The notes beneath the pieces are model-generated. The model worked only from the letters and a program-made list of their open reading frames with translations, had not been told where the DNA came from and did not search any database. Positions 36,901 through 46,454 of a stretch of DNA of 50,680 bases are shown here, piece after piece. The position numbers and the translations under genes are program-made. The stretch lies in contig JBKJTY010000011.1 of NCBI GenBank assembly GCA_046590235.1, positions 1-50,680 of the forward strand, in the 5' to 3' direction. The first letter of the stretch is position 1. Every line of letters begins with the position of its first letter. This DNA comes from Candidatus Magasanikiibacteriota bacterium (GTDB lineage: Bacteria; Patescibacteriota; Patescibacteriia; Magasanikbacterales; GWA2-37-8).

Positions 36901-37012
36901 CGTTATTCAGTTTCAGGAAAAAAACCGCGCAACAATCCTAGTTCCGCTTAAACTGAGAAAAGGTACGGGTGCAGTAGGGGCAGCAACATTGCGCGCGCTT
37001 AATGTGTTGTAA
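33938..37012 (+). CDS. Large secreted surface protein: beta-propeller repeats, Calx-beta-like domain, Thr-rich linker, C-terminal peptidoglycan-binding domain
   Basis: Repeated YVGGxFT..RNRLAAFD..W.P units; TATQGNDF...TDD.EA.NETIVLTL; GDDVLQLQKMLN...FGPATKKAVIQFQ. Confidence 0.8.
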   Translation: MDSYKKSILFSFLIFFFCFQAEDSQAVLNYLTPNNPWTVDGTVSAIKKGPDGTIYVGGAFYSLFNTNSSTHSMALPINTVTNLPGMATYPSLNSSPEMVIPDGNNGWYIGGGNGGALYIQGDPEPRYLIHVLSTGVINPSFNPVITSTVRALALSSTTLYIGGDFRFVNNTARNRLAALDTSGNLLSWNPDVNNGVYDIALDPSGSTTTIYVGGAFTTSSAAVRNRAAAFDANGAVSSWNPNVGSGIVYRILLHPSGATSTIYMSGSFTSVGSSTKSYLASVNNTNGATTTWSPIPNSSVFSGFTMSSTTLYVGGSFTTITNNGVTSNRNRLAAFDLNGNLLDTWVPGKAAGVNYMLYASGTIYMSNGSGTTVNPHSSLVSTTVGPIVGFDEAGEISFNPVATLGYNQTAGRSLAYANNVVYLMGWLRGFYPVGREFIFALDSNRNLKSWYPSLNGSVSTMLVTSNTVYVAGSFTTVTGTNSSGARERLAAFDFDGNLLPWAPRVNGSVNALAINPEGTVIYAGGAFTTTSDSNRQRLAAFDLNGNTLAWDPGASSTVNTIVVGPSGITTSIFVGGSFTKVANTTRNRIAAIDPNGVLIGSWNPAMGSTVNTLEFDQTGSTSSIFVGGSFTTVSSSVARNRAAAIDMNGKATQWNPNITGTVSDIEITTTSVYLVGSITSVSGTARTGFVELDKTSGTIKGYDLNIGGSTSAAVSLITENSFFVGASFFNSYFGYDRKMRGPFGEFELHRAGFVSSASTVAENVGTVTFVYTLNATSTEDISFDYAVSGGTATQGNDFTFSTGTATITAGSLTTSVDLIVTDDVEADPNETIVLTLSNSRGAAITTSTYTLTISDDDVASSGSNNSSNAYSPPLVMSDIAATAPQITVTTTVSTTTTVIMVTTTLASPTTTIIIIPILVDSSHSVATTSNKTINATPLFKRQLMVGTIGDDVLQLQKMLNKLGFTVAKTGAGSPGNETKTFGPATKKAVIQFQEKNRATILVPLKLRKGTGAVGAATLRALNVL

Positions 37013-37016
37013 AAGT

Positions 37017-38315
37017 ATGATAACAATACTCAAAAAACTTTCACACCTTACTCGGGCAGTACTGGCGTATTGGTGGTATGGTCGACCAGCTCAAAAGCTA
37101 GTCGTTGTTGGGGTGACCGGGACTAAAGGGAAGTCTACGACTTCACGTTTGGTTGCTTCTGTCCTTGAAGCAGGTGGCTTCAAGGTTGGTTTGTTGTCGA
37201 CGGTGGAATTTCAAGTGGGAGATAAACGCTGGTTGAATGATAAAAAGATGACAATGTTGGGGCGTGGTCAAATTCAGGGGATGCTCCGCGCTATGGTGGC
37301 GGCTGGTTGTCAGTACGCTGTTGTAGAAACTTCCTCAGAGGGAATTTTGCAGTATCGGCATTATGGCTTAAAGTATGATATCGCCGTGTTTACTAATCTT
37401 GGCAACGAACATTCTGAGCGTCATGGTGGCTTTGAAAACCTTCGTCGTGATAAAGGGAAGTTATTTGCTGCTTTGAACCATAAGCGCAAACAGTTGTTTG
37501 GAAAAAAGATTGCTACCGTAAGTGTGGTGAATGCTGATGATGAACACGCTCCTTTTTATTTAAACTATCCAGCAGATCAGCAATGGATTTTTAGTTTAAA
37601 AAATACATCACTTAAAAAACAAACAAAAAGAATTGATGGAAACATCACTGCCAGCTCAGCTGTGAGTACTTCGTTTATCGCGAACGGCAGACCGTACCAG
37701 CTGAACATCGTAGGCGATTTTAACGTGCCTAACGCACTCGCAGCTATTGCAGTTGGTGCATCACAGGGTATGAGCGCAGACGCAATGGCTAAGGGCCTAC
37801 AGAGCGTTTCACAGGTTGCTGGGCGTATGGAGTTTATCGAAGCGGGACAACCATTCAAAGCTTTGGTTGATTACGCGCACGAACCTATGAGTCTCACTGC
37901 TTTATTTACAACTTTACGCGCACTCATTGGAAAAAATAACAAAGTAATTGCAGTTATTGGTTCTGATGGTGGTGGTCGCGATATCAAGAAACGTTCAACA
38001 ATGGGGGAGATAGCTGGAAGATTAACCGATTATGTTGTCGTCAGCGATGTGAATTGTTTTGATGAAGATCCAGCGCAAATTGCTGAAATGCTTGCCACAG
38101 GCGCTCGCCAAGCTGGTAAAAAAGATGGTGCTGATTTATTTATTGAAATTGACCGTCGCGCCGGTGTACAAAAAGCGATTCGATTAGCTCGTCCAGGAGA
38201 TGTTGTTGTTTTGACTGCTAAGGGTACTGAACCATGCATTGTGGTCGCAGATGGTAAAAAAATTCCATGGAGCGACGCTCACGTGCTTCGTGAAGAATTA
38301 GAAGCTCTCAAATAA
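37017..38315 (+). CDS. murE: UDP-MurNAc-tripeptide synthetase
   Basis: GVTGTKGKSTT, VETSSEG, FTNLGNEH, GRMEFI, VDYAHEP, GSDGGGRD. Confidence 0.88.
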   Translation: MITILKKLSHLTRAVLAYWWYGRPAQKLVVVGVTGTKGKSTTSRLVASVLEAGGFKVGLLSTVEFQVGDKRWLNDKKMTMLGRGQIQGMLRAMVAAGCQYAVVETSSEGILQYRHYGLKYDIAVFTNLGNEHSERHGGFENLRRDKGKLFAALNHKRKQLFGKKIATVSVVNADDEHAPFYLNYPADQQWIFSLKNTSLKKQTKRIDGNITASSAVSTSFIANGRPYQLNIVGDFNVPNALAAIAVGASQGMSADAMAKGLQSVSQVAGRMEFIEAGQPFKALVDYAHEPMSLTALFTTLRALIGKNNKVIAVIGSDGGGRDIKKRSTMGEIAGRLTDYVVVSDVNCFDEDPAQIAEMLATGARQAGKKDGADLFIEIDRRAGVQKAIRLARPGDVVVLTAKGTEPCIVVADGKKIPWSDAHVLREELEALK

Positions 38316-38316
38316 T

Positions 38317-38955
38317 ATGTCCCTTGAAAAGAAAATGGAGCTAGGAGAAAATGAGCACATCATTACGGTTGTCCGTTCGTTTTTTTTAACACAGTGGTTG
38401 ATAATTGCAGCTTCGGTTGTAGTGTTGTCAGCAACCGCCTTCGGAACATTTTGGTTTATTAGTAAAGGTACGATCGGATACATTGGTATTGTGTGCGGCG
38501 TCCTGATTAGTTTTGGATTATTTATTAAAGGCTGGAACTACAACCGTCAAAGCTTCATTATAATTACAAACGAACGCGTCGTCGATGTTACACGCGAAGG
38601 TACTTTCAAACAAACAGTTTCCGGTGTGCGTTATCACGCTGTTAAAGACGTAGTGGTGGATCGTAGTGGTTTCAGTGCAGCTATTTTTAGTCACGGGACG
38701 CTCACGGTCATCACCGAAGACGACGCCGGCTCAATTGAGCTGGCTCAGGTACGTTACCCGGAACGACTTCAGCGATTAGTGCTTGAACGTAAGGAAATTG
38801 CCCAGGAATCATTTAAAGAACGCCGTTTACCCGACCTCTTTAATTCCTTTTTGCAGGCATTACCAAAGTTTAATGAAATACAGCTTATTTTGCTTGAAAA
38901 GAAGATTCAGGACCGCTTAAAAGTAGTGGATAGAATCGATAGCACACTTTTTTAG
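38317..38955 (+). CDS. Membrane protein with bacterial PH-like domain
   Basis: Two TM segments, then IITNERVVD...FSHGTLTV...YPERL. Confidence 0.7.
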   Translation: MSLEKKMELGENEHIITVVRSFFLTQWLIIAASVVVLSATAFGTFWFISKGTIGYIGIVCGVLISFGLFIKGWNYNRQSFIIITNERVVDVTREGTFKQTVSGVRYHAVKDVVVDRSGFSAAIFSHGTLTVITEDDAGSIELAQVRYPERLQRLVLERKEIAQESFKERRLPDLFNSFLQALPKFNEIQLILLEKKIQDRLKVVDRIDSTLF

Positions 38956-38979
38956 AAACATGGTATACTAGTCAGTGAT

Positions 38980-39372
38980 ATGGTAGCATCGAAATCTACA
39001 TTTAGAGGTTTTTTCTCATCCCGCTGGTTTATGGGCCTAGCGTTTTTTGTGTTAGTACTGCTTCTTGTGGCATTTACTCGCGCTTATTACCAAAATTTCC
39101 AAATCCAAGAAGAAATTAAGCGTCTCCAAAGTGAGTCGCAAAAGCTCGAAGCACGACGCATTGAAACCCTCGATCTCTTAAATTACGTTAAATCTCCGGC
39201 CTATGTAGAAGAGAAGGCTCGCACTGAGTTGAATATGGTTAAAGAAGGGGAGCATATGGCCATTATCACCAACCAATCCGGTGGAAATCGTAATGGACAG
39301 ACGCGTGACACCATGCTACAATCAGACAGCATTTCTAACCAACTCAAGTGGTGGAAATATTTCTTTCATTAA
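38980..39372 (+). CDS. Septum formation initiator (FtsB/DivIC family)
   Basis: TM plus coiled coil, YVEEKARTELNMVKEGE. Confidence 0.85.
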   Translation: MVASKSTFRGFFSSRWFMGLAFFVLVLLLVAFTRAYYQNFQIQEEIKRLQSESQKLEARRIETLDLLNYVKSPAYVEEKARTELNMVKEGEHMAIITNQSGGNRNGQTRDTMLQSDSISNQLKWWKYFFH

Positions 39373-39381
39373 ACAATAGTT

Positions 39382-40431
39382 ATGGATAACATGGAGACAA
39401 AGGGGGAACAAACAGTAGTTACTGATAAAGACGCTTTATTAATGGTTGCAGCCAAGCAGCAAAATGTGAAAATGTTTGCCTTTGCTTTTGGTGGAATGTT
39501 ACTTTTAGCAATTGCATTAGCGCTTGGCGTTGGTGTGTACCGCGTGTATGCTAAAGCAGCGACAGACCCATTCAGCGCAGGTGTTGCTCGAGTACTTCGT
39601 TTGCCAGCAGCTAAAGTAAATGATGAAACATTGCTCTACGCTGATTACGTTAACGATCTTAAAGCAATCTCCACTTTACGTGATTACGACAAGAAAAACG
39701 GTGGTGACGCAGCTACCCTCACTGACGAACAATTATCTGACCAAGTGTTAATTCGCATGGTTAATAATGTTTTGGTAAACGACCAGGCTCGCGAAATGGG
39801 TTTGAAGGTAGAAGATAGCGACATTCAGGAAGTCTATGACCAGTTCAAACAACGCTTTACCACACTTGAAGCAGCGGAACAAGGTTTGATGGATCACTAT
39901 GGTTGGAACCTTGCTCAATACGAAGCTCGTGTTATCCGCCCGTTAATTTTACAAAACAAAATTTCAGAAAAGATTAGTACTGATTTACCAGCTCGTGAAG
40001 CAATCAAAGTGCAAGCACAAAGTGTTCTAGAAGAAATCAAAAAAGGTGGAAACTTTGAAGAGCTTGCAAAAAAGCACGGCCAAGATGGTACAGCTCCATC
40101 AGGTGGCGATCTTGGTGAATTCAAACCAGGCGACATGGTCCCTGAATTTGAAAATGCTGTTAAAGCACTCAAAAAAGGCCAAACAAGCCAGGTATTGGTT
40201 GAAAGCCCATATGGTTACCACATTGTCCGTTTAGATGATTCTCGTACAGAAAAGATTAAGGATGCCGATGGCAAAAACGTAAACCAAACTGTCTACAAGG
40301 CGCACCACATCTTGTTCATGTACCCAAGTATCAACCAGAAATTAGCTGACAGACTCAAACAAACTTCTTTCCGTCTTTACATCAAAGTTCACAACCCATT
40401 AGAAAATCCTTCCGCAATCACAGCTCAATAA
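39382..40431 (+). CDS. PrsA/SurA-like parvulin peptidyl-prolyl isomerase
   Basis: N-terminal TM; FEELAKKHGQD...GGDLG...MVPEFENA...SPYGYHIV. Confidence 0.9.
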   Translation: MDNMETKGEQTVVTDKDALLMVAAKQQNVKMFAFAFGGMLLLAIALALGVGVYRVYAKAATDPFSAGVARVLRLPAAKVNDETLLYADYVNDLKAISTLRDYDKKNGGDAATLTDEQLSDQVLIRMVNNVLVNDQAREMGLKVEDSDIQEVYDQFKQRFTTLEAAEQGLMDHYGWNLAQYEARVIRPLILQNKISEKISTDLPAREAIKVQAQSVLEEIKKGGNFEELAKKHGQDGTAPSGGDLGEFKPGDMVPEFENAVKALKKGQTSQVLVESPYGYHIVRLDDSRTEKIKDADGKNVNQTVYKAHHILFMYPSINQKLADRLKQTSFRLYIKVHNPLENPSAITAQ

Positions 40432-40459
40432 GAATTATTGGGGCGCCTAGCCCCAGTAT

Positions 40460-40530
40460 GCGGGTGTAGTATAGTGGTAATATGTGACCTTCCCAAGGTT
40501 AAGCTACGAGTTCGATTCTCGTCACCCGCT
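40460..40530 (+). tRNA. tRNA-Gly (CCC)
   Basis: GCGGGTG/CACCCGC acceptor stem, loop TTCCCAA, ACGAG-TTCGATT-CTCGT T arm. Confidence 0.95.
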
Positions 40531-40541
40531 CACTTTCCAAC

Positions 40542-41108
40542 ATGACAACTAACTATACAATTCTTCCAAAGGAAAGCATTGCTGCTTTTTTAAAAAAGCC
40601 ATCGACGCAGATAATTTTTGTTTCAAATCTTGCCGTTGCGTTGTTGGTAATTTTTTCTAATTGGGGACTTTCAAATATCTTATTAGCCTACTGGCTCGAA
40701 AATTTTGTTTTATTCGGGATAAGCGTGGTGCCATTCATTCGCACTCAAGGAATACGAGATGTGATGAAAGTGGCGGGAACATTTACCATCTTTCAGCTTG
40801 CATTTTTTCTCTGTATTTATCAATTGTTTAAGTTCGCTGATTGGAAGTTGATTGGTATTGGATTGGCTATTTTGACACTGCTGGAGCTTGTCGGCTTTGG
40901 CTATCGCCGTACGGTTAATAGAAAAGATCTAGAGAGTCGTAATGACAGACCGCTTATACATGCCTGGGTACGAATGGTAATACTGTTTGTTGCACTTATT
41001 TTAATAGTAATGTTAGACACAATGCACTCTCCCACTTTTTCTCTTATTATATTTTTTATAATTAAAGTCCCAGTTGATACTTTGGTCGAAGCGATTAGTC
41101 AAAAGTAG
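40542..41108 (+). CDS. Multi-TM hypothetical protein (DUF6498-like)
   Basis: YWLEN motif after the second TM; five to six hydrophobic segments. Confidence 0.55.
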   Translation: MTTNYTILPKESIAAFLKKPSTQIIFVSNLAVALLVIFSNWGLSNILLAYWLENFVLFGISVVPFIRTQGIRDVMKVAGTFTIFQLAFFLCIYQLFKFADWKLIGIGLAILTLLELVGFGYRRTVNRKDLESRNDRPLIHAWVRMVILFVALILIVMLDTMHSPTFSLIIFFIIKVPVDTLVEAISQK

Positions 41109-41194
41109 TTCTAACTTCCTCTACTAAGGAGCTCAAAGACGCTTTTACAAAGCGTCTTTTTTGTTCTATAATGACACAATAACTAATAAAATTT

Positions 41195-41680
41195 ATGGCT
41201 ATTAAAAAATATCTCGGCAACTTACATGTTAATTTAGAAAGTAAAAAAACTACCAGCGATCGTCTATCCGATTTTCTAACAGCCTTTTTTGGCACGTCAT
41301 GGTTTCTAATTGTTAACGCTGCTTTTTTTTGTATCTGGATAACGGTAAATTCTGGATTGGTTACGGGTATACCAATGTTTGACCCATTTCCGTATGGGCT
41401 ATTAACCATGATTGTGTCGCTCGAAGCCATTTTCTTAAGTATCATTGTCTTGATAAGCCAAAACCGGGCTGGGAAAAATGCTGATCTCCGCGAAGAGCTT
41501 GATTTACGCATTAACATTAAGACTGAAGAAGAAGTTACCAGAATGATTAACATGCTTGATGAAATTCACGATCATTTGGGATTAGTGCCAGAAGATGATG
41601 AGGAGCTTAGAACAATGAAAAAGAAAACCGATGTACTAAAGATGCGAAATGATTTAGTTACAGAAAAAAAGAGCAGGTAA
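41195..41680 (+). CDS. DUF1003-family membrane protein
   Basis: FDPFPYGLLTMIVSLEAIFLSIIVLISQNR. Confidence 0.88.
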   Translation: MAIKKYLGNLHVNLESKKTTSDRLSDFLTAFFGTSWFLIVNAAFFCIWITVNSGLVTGIPMFDPFPYGLLTMIVSLEAIFLSIIVLISQNRAGKNADLREELDLRINIKTEEEVTRMINMLDEIHDHLGLVPEDDEELRTMKKKTDVLKMRNDLVTEKKSR

Positions 41681-41682
41681 TT

Positions 41683-42192
41683 ATGAAATGGCAAACGCAG
41701 AATAAAATACTTTACGCTATCATTGGAACTGTACTAATTGCATGGTTGCTATTCGGATTTTTTGGTGTGCAAGCATTGTTCGTGAATCGTACGGTTAATG
41801 AGCAAACTCCAGTTGTGAAAGTCATAGACGCGGGTGTTACAACAATTACACCAATTAAAGCTGAAGGTAAGTTTGTAAAAGGGGACAGTACCTACACTAT
41901 TAGCGGCAACGTTTTAGTCGTTGACAGCACTGTATCATTAACAGATTTTGATGTAACTAACGGACCAGATCTATTTGTGTACCTTGTTAGTGCATCTAGT
42001 ACCGATAATCAAACCGTAAAGGACGCCGTTGCATCAGGTGCATTTGTAAATTTAGGTGAGCTCAAGGGGAACCGTGGAAACCAGAATTATGTTTTACCAA
42101 GCGGTGTCGAGTTCAATGATCAATCTGTTATCAGTATCTGGTGTCGCAGATTTTCACGAAATTTTGGTTCGGCATTACTAGAAACACATTAA
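41683..42192 (+). CDS. DM13-domain protein
   Basis: NGPDLFVYL, LKGNRGNQNYVLP, IWCRRFSRNFGSA. Confidence 0.88.
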   Translation: MKWQTQNKILYAIIGTVLIAWLLFGFFGVQALFVNRTVNEQTPVVKVIDAGVTTITPIKAEGKFVKGDSTYTISGNVLVVDSTVSLTDFDVTNGPDLFVYLVSASSTDNQTVKDAVASGAFVNLGELKGNRGNQNYVLPSGVEFNDQSVISIWCRRFSRNFGSALLETH

Positions 42193-42273
42193 TTAATTTG
42201 CAGCTACTTTTAATTGGTAACATGGGAGAACGCGTTCCGTCACTTATACTAATCTATCCTAAAGTTTAAGCTT

Positions 42274-42372
42274 ATGAGAAAATTTCTTGTAAAATTCATT
42301 GTTGGCATTCTCGCTAATCTATTAATAAATCGTTTGACGCGTACAAGACCGCGAAAAATAAAATTAGGATAA
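42274..42372 (+). CDS. Possible 32-aa cationic amphipathic peptide
   Basis: MRKFLVKFIVGILANLLINRLTRTRPRKIKLG; fills the space before a hairpin; no SD. Confidence 0.3.
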   Translation: MRKFLVKFIVGILANLLINRLTRTRPRKIKLG

Positions 42373-42476
42373 ACGTATCATTGAAAAATGGCTATCTAAG
42401 CCATTTTTTATTTGCACAACAGCTACTGTAAGAAAGTTTGAAAAGATGCTAAAATAAACATGCTTAACCTTATACA

Positions 42477-43592
42477 ATGAATATGGTAATGAAACAATTG
42501 CGAGTACGATGTTTACAGATAGTAATGGCTTTAATTTTAGTGTTACCCTTGAATGCCGAAGCAGCGCAGATTGGTTTTGTTAAAAGTAATATCTGGGCTT
42601 CAAAGAGCACAGTGCTTGTAGGTGAGAATGTTACTATTTACGCAGTAATTGTTAACAGTGAAACTAATGCTTTGGAAGGTAAAGTAGTTTTTATTAATGA
42701 AAGTAGTGGTGCTGCCGTCGGAAATCCCACTGCCTTTGCGCTCTCGGGTGGCGGAAGTAGTAATGTGATGTCCGCTGTATGGAAAGCACAGTTGGGGTCA
42801 CACCGTTTCAAGGCAAAAATCATTGAAGCCGTTGAGGTTGATCGCACGGGGAAGAGAACTCCGGTTGGCAGCGCTATCCTGAGTGAATTAACAGATACGG
42901 TTACTGTGCAGGTTGATACAGATGGTGATGGAGTTTCAGATGTTGTTGAAGTAAAGAATGGTACAAATCCAAAAAATCCCGACACTGACGGCGATACTGT
43001 TCCGGATGGTCGCGATCCAAACCCAACCAATAAAGACGCAGATAATGATGGTGATCCAGACGGCACTGATCCAAACCCTACTAATCCAAACATCTTTACT
43101 CCGCCAGATACAGATCGTGATGGTAAGCCGGACAGCACAGATTCTGACATGGACAATGATGGTTTATATAATTTCCAAGAAACAGGTAAGGCAACTGGTA
43201 ATAAAAATTCAACAGCTACAACAGTTGATGGTAGTGTCTCCAAACCAACCGACGCACGAAAATATGATACCGATGGTGATGCAGTTGGTGATAAACAGGA
43301 TTATTATCCGCTAGATCCTAAGCGATGGAATAAAGAAGTGGTTGCCGCTGCCTCACTACCTACAGTTACGCCAAGTGAAACGCAAGAAGAGGTTGTGCCT
43401 GAAGCTGGTACAGACGGAGAAGTGTTGGGTGAAAAAATTACACAGCAAAGTTCAGAAAATAAAAGCCTATTTAGCTGGTCAAATTGGTTGATGTGGACGT
43501 TAGGCGGGTTCTGGATAGTTTTATTAGTTGTTTTGGTAATGATGCATCTTAAAAAGAAAGATAATGATGCTCACGGACATTCAAGAGAGTAA
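42477..43592 (+). CDS. Surface protein: Ig-like domain, thrombospondin-type-3-like Ca-binding repeats, C-terminal TM anchor
   Basis: Signal peptide; many DxDxDGxxD units; hydrophobic C-terminus followed by KKK. Confidence 0.8.
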   Translation: MNMVMKQLRVRCLQIVMALILVLPLNAEAAQIGFVKSNIWASKSTVLVGENVTIYAVIVNSETNALEGKVVFINESSGAAVGNPTAFALSGGGSSNVMSAVWKAQLGSHRFKAKIIEAVEVDRTGKRTPVGSAILSELTDTVTVQVDTDGDGVSDVVEVKNGTNPKNPDTDGDTVPDGRDPNPTNKDADNDGDPDGTDPNPTNPNIFTPPDTDRDGKPDSTDSDMDNDGLYNFQETGKATGNKNSTATTVDGSVSKPTDARKYDTDGDAVGDKQDYYPLDPKRWNKEVVAAASLPTVTPSETQEEVVPEAGTDGEVLGEKITQQSSENKSLFSWSNWLMWTLGGFWIVLLVVLVMMHLKKKDNDAHGHSRE

Positions 43593-43605
43593 TTAGTAGT
43601 CTTAT

Positions 43606-45024
43606 ATGAAACCAAACCTATCTCCCTGGCTTCATCAATTAAAACGAACACGCGAACCTGTAGCTCTCACCGGGAATAAACACGCACAGGTCGCTATTAT
43701 TGGCGGTGGTATTGCTGGTGTGATGACCGCGTATTTTACTTTGAAATTTTCTTCTAAAAATATTGTTCTCATTGAAGGTGGTAAGGTTGCGCATGGAGCG
43801 ACCGGTCACAATGCGGGACAATTGGTCAGCTACTTTGAAAAATCCTTTGCTGAACTATCTCAGGAATTTGGTGTTGTTATGGCTGCTGAAGGTCAGGCTG
43901 CGGTTGAGTCTGCGTGGATTCTCCTAGAAGAGCTAATCCAAGAAGTTGGTTTGAACACGCCGCTTCTTCAATTTACAGGCTATGCAGGGTGCAAAGATTT
44001 GGAAGAAATCCTTATCCACTTAGAAGATAATTGGTGGCGAGATAAGGGTGGGTTAGCGCCAGAAAAACTCTTTATTGCTAGAGAGGCATCATATCTCAAA
44101 CAAATTGATCCTAAATATAAAAATCTTTACAGCGTTATTCCGCAAAAAGACATTTTGGCCTTGCTCGAAACAGACGATACCTGCTATTCGGCCACGCTCG
44201 CTTCGCACAAGGGGTGTATGAATAGCGCATTATTTTGTGAAGAACTAGTTGAATACCTGCTTCGTACCTACGCGTCTCGATTTACGGTATACGAACATAC
44301 ACCAATTAATCGTCTAGTACTTTTTAAGAACCACGCTAACCTTCACGCTGATAAGCATATTATATTCGCTGATAAAGTAGTGCTTTGCACAAATGGGTTT
44401 GAACGAATCAAAATTGAAAATACCGTTGGGGGAGATGTGGATAAAAAATTTCACCACCTTGTCCGAGGATCAGTCGGTTATATGGCAGGATTTTTAGCGC
44501 CACTCAATAAATCGCCTGTTGCGATTAGCTATCTTCCTGAACATCATGATGGTACAGCCGGCGCATACTCCGCCGATCCTTATTTTTACCTTACCCGTCG
44601 GCCGTATGAGATGGAAGCAAACGAGCGACACAACCTCATTTGCGTTGGTGGTCCAGAGGCGCTCATGGATGATACTAATAACTATAAAAAAGAACATTAC
44701 TACCCAGAGGAGGCGCAACAGGCGATTGATACCTTTTTACATAAAACCTATAAAGACGCTCCGAAAAAAGTTGATTATGTTTTCCGTTGGCATGGTTTAA
44801 TGGGTTATACGCCAAATGGCGTGCGATGTGTTGGTTTTGAGCCGTGTAACCAGGTGCTGCTCTATAACCTCGGCTGTAATGGTGTAGGCATACTCCCGTC
44901 AATTTATGGGGGAAAACGAATTGCTGAATTATTAAGTGGGCAAAAAATGCCACCTTCAATATTCGATCCGCAGGATAAACGCTGCGTTATACCGGTACGC
45001 CCAAAAGCAAAGATTACCACGTAA
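43606..45024 (+). CDS. FAD-dependent oxidoreductase (DAO family)
   Basis: IIGGGIAG, GATGHNAGQ, VVLCTNGF, WHGLMGYT, GCNGVG. Confidence 0.88.
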   Translation: MKPNLSPWLHQLKRTREPVALTGNKHAQVAIIGGGIAGVMTAYFTLKFSSKNIVLIEGGKVAHGATGHNAGQLVSYFEKSFAELSQEFGVVMAAEGQAAVESAWILLEELIQEVGLNTPLLQFTGYAGCKDLEEILIHLEDNWWRDKGGLAPEKLFIAREASYLKQIDPKYKNLYSVIPQKDILALLETDDTCYSATLASHKGCMNSALFCEELVEYLLRTYASRFTVYEHTPINRLVLFKNHANLHADKHIIFADKVVLCTNGFERIKIENTVGGDVDKKFHHLVRGSVGYMAGFLAPLNKSPVAISYLPEHHDGTAGAYSADPYFYLTRRPYEMEANERHNLICVGGPEALMDDTNNYKKEHYYPEEAQQAIDTFLHKTYKDAPKKVDYVFRWHGLMGYTPNGVRCVGFEPCNQVLLYNLGCNGVGILPSIYGGKRIAELLSGQKMPPSIFDPQDKRCVIPVRPKAKITT

Positions 45025-45095
45025 AGAATAACCGTGAACGGTTGACAAAATTGTTCTAAGAGACTACGCTTCCGAGCGTATCTTTCATTTTCTTT

Positions 45096-46187
45096 ATGCT
45101 TATTGCCGGCCTTATTTTCATCCAAGCTACACTCGCGCTCACGCACTACTTTATTTATAAAACAGCGGTCTTTTTCTTTGGCTTAAGTACTCCATTATGG
45201 AGTAAGATTTTATTTGCGATTCTATCTGTTAGCTTTGTTGCTGTCACGTTCTTAACCTATCGTTGGCACGGTCCGCTTGCGCGTGCTGCTTATACAGCCG
45301 GAGCAGTTTGGTTAGGGACTGTTTATTGGTTATTTATTGCAAGTATTTTCGCTTGGGCTGTCTATGGTGTTGCAAAACTAGCCTCACCTGGAAGCAATGT
45401 AGTCACAATTGGCGCAGCTTTATTAATTGTGGCTGTGCTAACTAGTGTGTACGGTGTCTGGAATTCATACCAAACAAAGATACAGCATGTAACTGTCCGC
45501 CTCAACAATTTACCATCACAATGGAAGGGCAAGCGTGCGGTGCTTATTGCTGATACACATTATGGAAGTGTGCGAAATGTTAGATTTGCAAATAAAGTTG
45601 CTAGTACAGTTTCATCACTACAACCCGACATAGTTTTTATTGCAGGTGATTTTTATGACGGTCCGCCAGTAGATGCTGCAGCTATTGCCGCTCCGTTTGG
45701 AAAGATTACTTCAAGGCACGGTGTTTATTTTGCAGCTGGTAATCACGAGGAGTATGGTGCGTTAACTCCATTTATGGATGCGCTCACCGGAGTGGGGGTT
45801 CATGTGCTTGATAATAAGCTTATGGTCGTTGATGGTCTCCAGGTGGCTGGTGTAAATTATTTAAGCACAAACAGAGCTGAAACTAAGCGAACGGTACTTC
45901 AAAGTTTAGCAATCAATCCTGCAATTGCAAGTATTTTAATTAAACATGTTCCCGCAAATATTGAAGTTACTGAGGAGGCGGGGATTGGCCTTCAGGTTTC
46001 AGGGCATACCCACTTAGGCCAAGTTTTCCCGATCAGCTTAATTACCAAAGTGATGTATGGTAAATATGTGTACGGTTTGAGCCGTTTTGATAAAACGCAA
46101 GTTCTTACAACGAGCGGTGTGGGTACCTGGGGTCCGCCGCAGCGTGTCGGTACTACTTCGGAGATTGTGGTTATCACATTTGAGTAA
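45096..46187 (+). CDS. Membrane-bound metallophosphoesterase (YkuE-like)
   Basis: ADTHYG, AGDFYD, GNHE, SGHTHLGQ; promoter TTGACA-17-TACGCT at 45042-45070. Confidence 0.92.
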   Translation: MLIAGLIFIQATLALTHYFIYKTAVFFFGLSTPLWSKILFAILSVSFVAVTFLTYRWHGPLARAAYTAGAVWLGTVYWLFIASIFAWAVYGVAKLASPGSNVVTIGAALLIVAVLTSVYGVWNSYQTKIQHVTVRLNNLPSQWKGKRAVLIADTHYGSVRNVRFANKVASTVSSLQPDIVFIAGDFYDGPPVDAAAIAAPFGKITSRHGVYFAAGNHEEYGALTPFMDALTGVGVHVLDNKLMVVDGLQVAGVNYLSTNRAETKRTVLQSLAINPAIASILIKHVPANIEVTEEAGIGLQVSGHTHLGQVFPISLITKVMYGKYVYGLSRFDKTQVLTTSGVGTWGPPQRVGTTSEIVVITFE

Positions 46188-46237
46188 GTAAATCTTTAAA
46201 AAGAACCTAGCTGATAATAGCTAGGTTCTTTATTTTG

Positions 46238-46310
46238 AGCCAAGAATGAGGATTGAACTCACGACCTGCACGTTACGAATGTGCTGCTCTACCAACTGAG
46301 CTACCTTGGC
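46238..46310 (-). tRNA. tRNA-Thr (CGT)
   Basis: GCCAAGG/TCTTGGC acceptor stem, loop TTCGTAA, GTGAG-TTCAATC-CTCAT T arm. Confidence 0.94.
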
Positions 46311-46454
46311 TTAGGTGGCCAGTATAATACTGAAAAAAGTTTTCAATGTCAATGTAATTTTCTTAAAAAAGTATAGCCAAAGCTTACTTTTGTGTCCACA
46401 TGTTTTTCTTTGTTGGATATGCTATAATGAAACTACTCTATCTGTCCTTATATT

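Noticed and set aside
42638-43243. 201-aa minus-strand ORF
   Set aside because: Antisense shadow of the Asp/Pro/Thr repeat region.
46390-46400. tgtgtccaca as a DnaA box or origin signal
   Set aside because: Single imperfect match, with no cluster and no AT-rich unwinding region.
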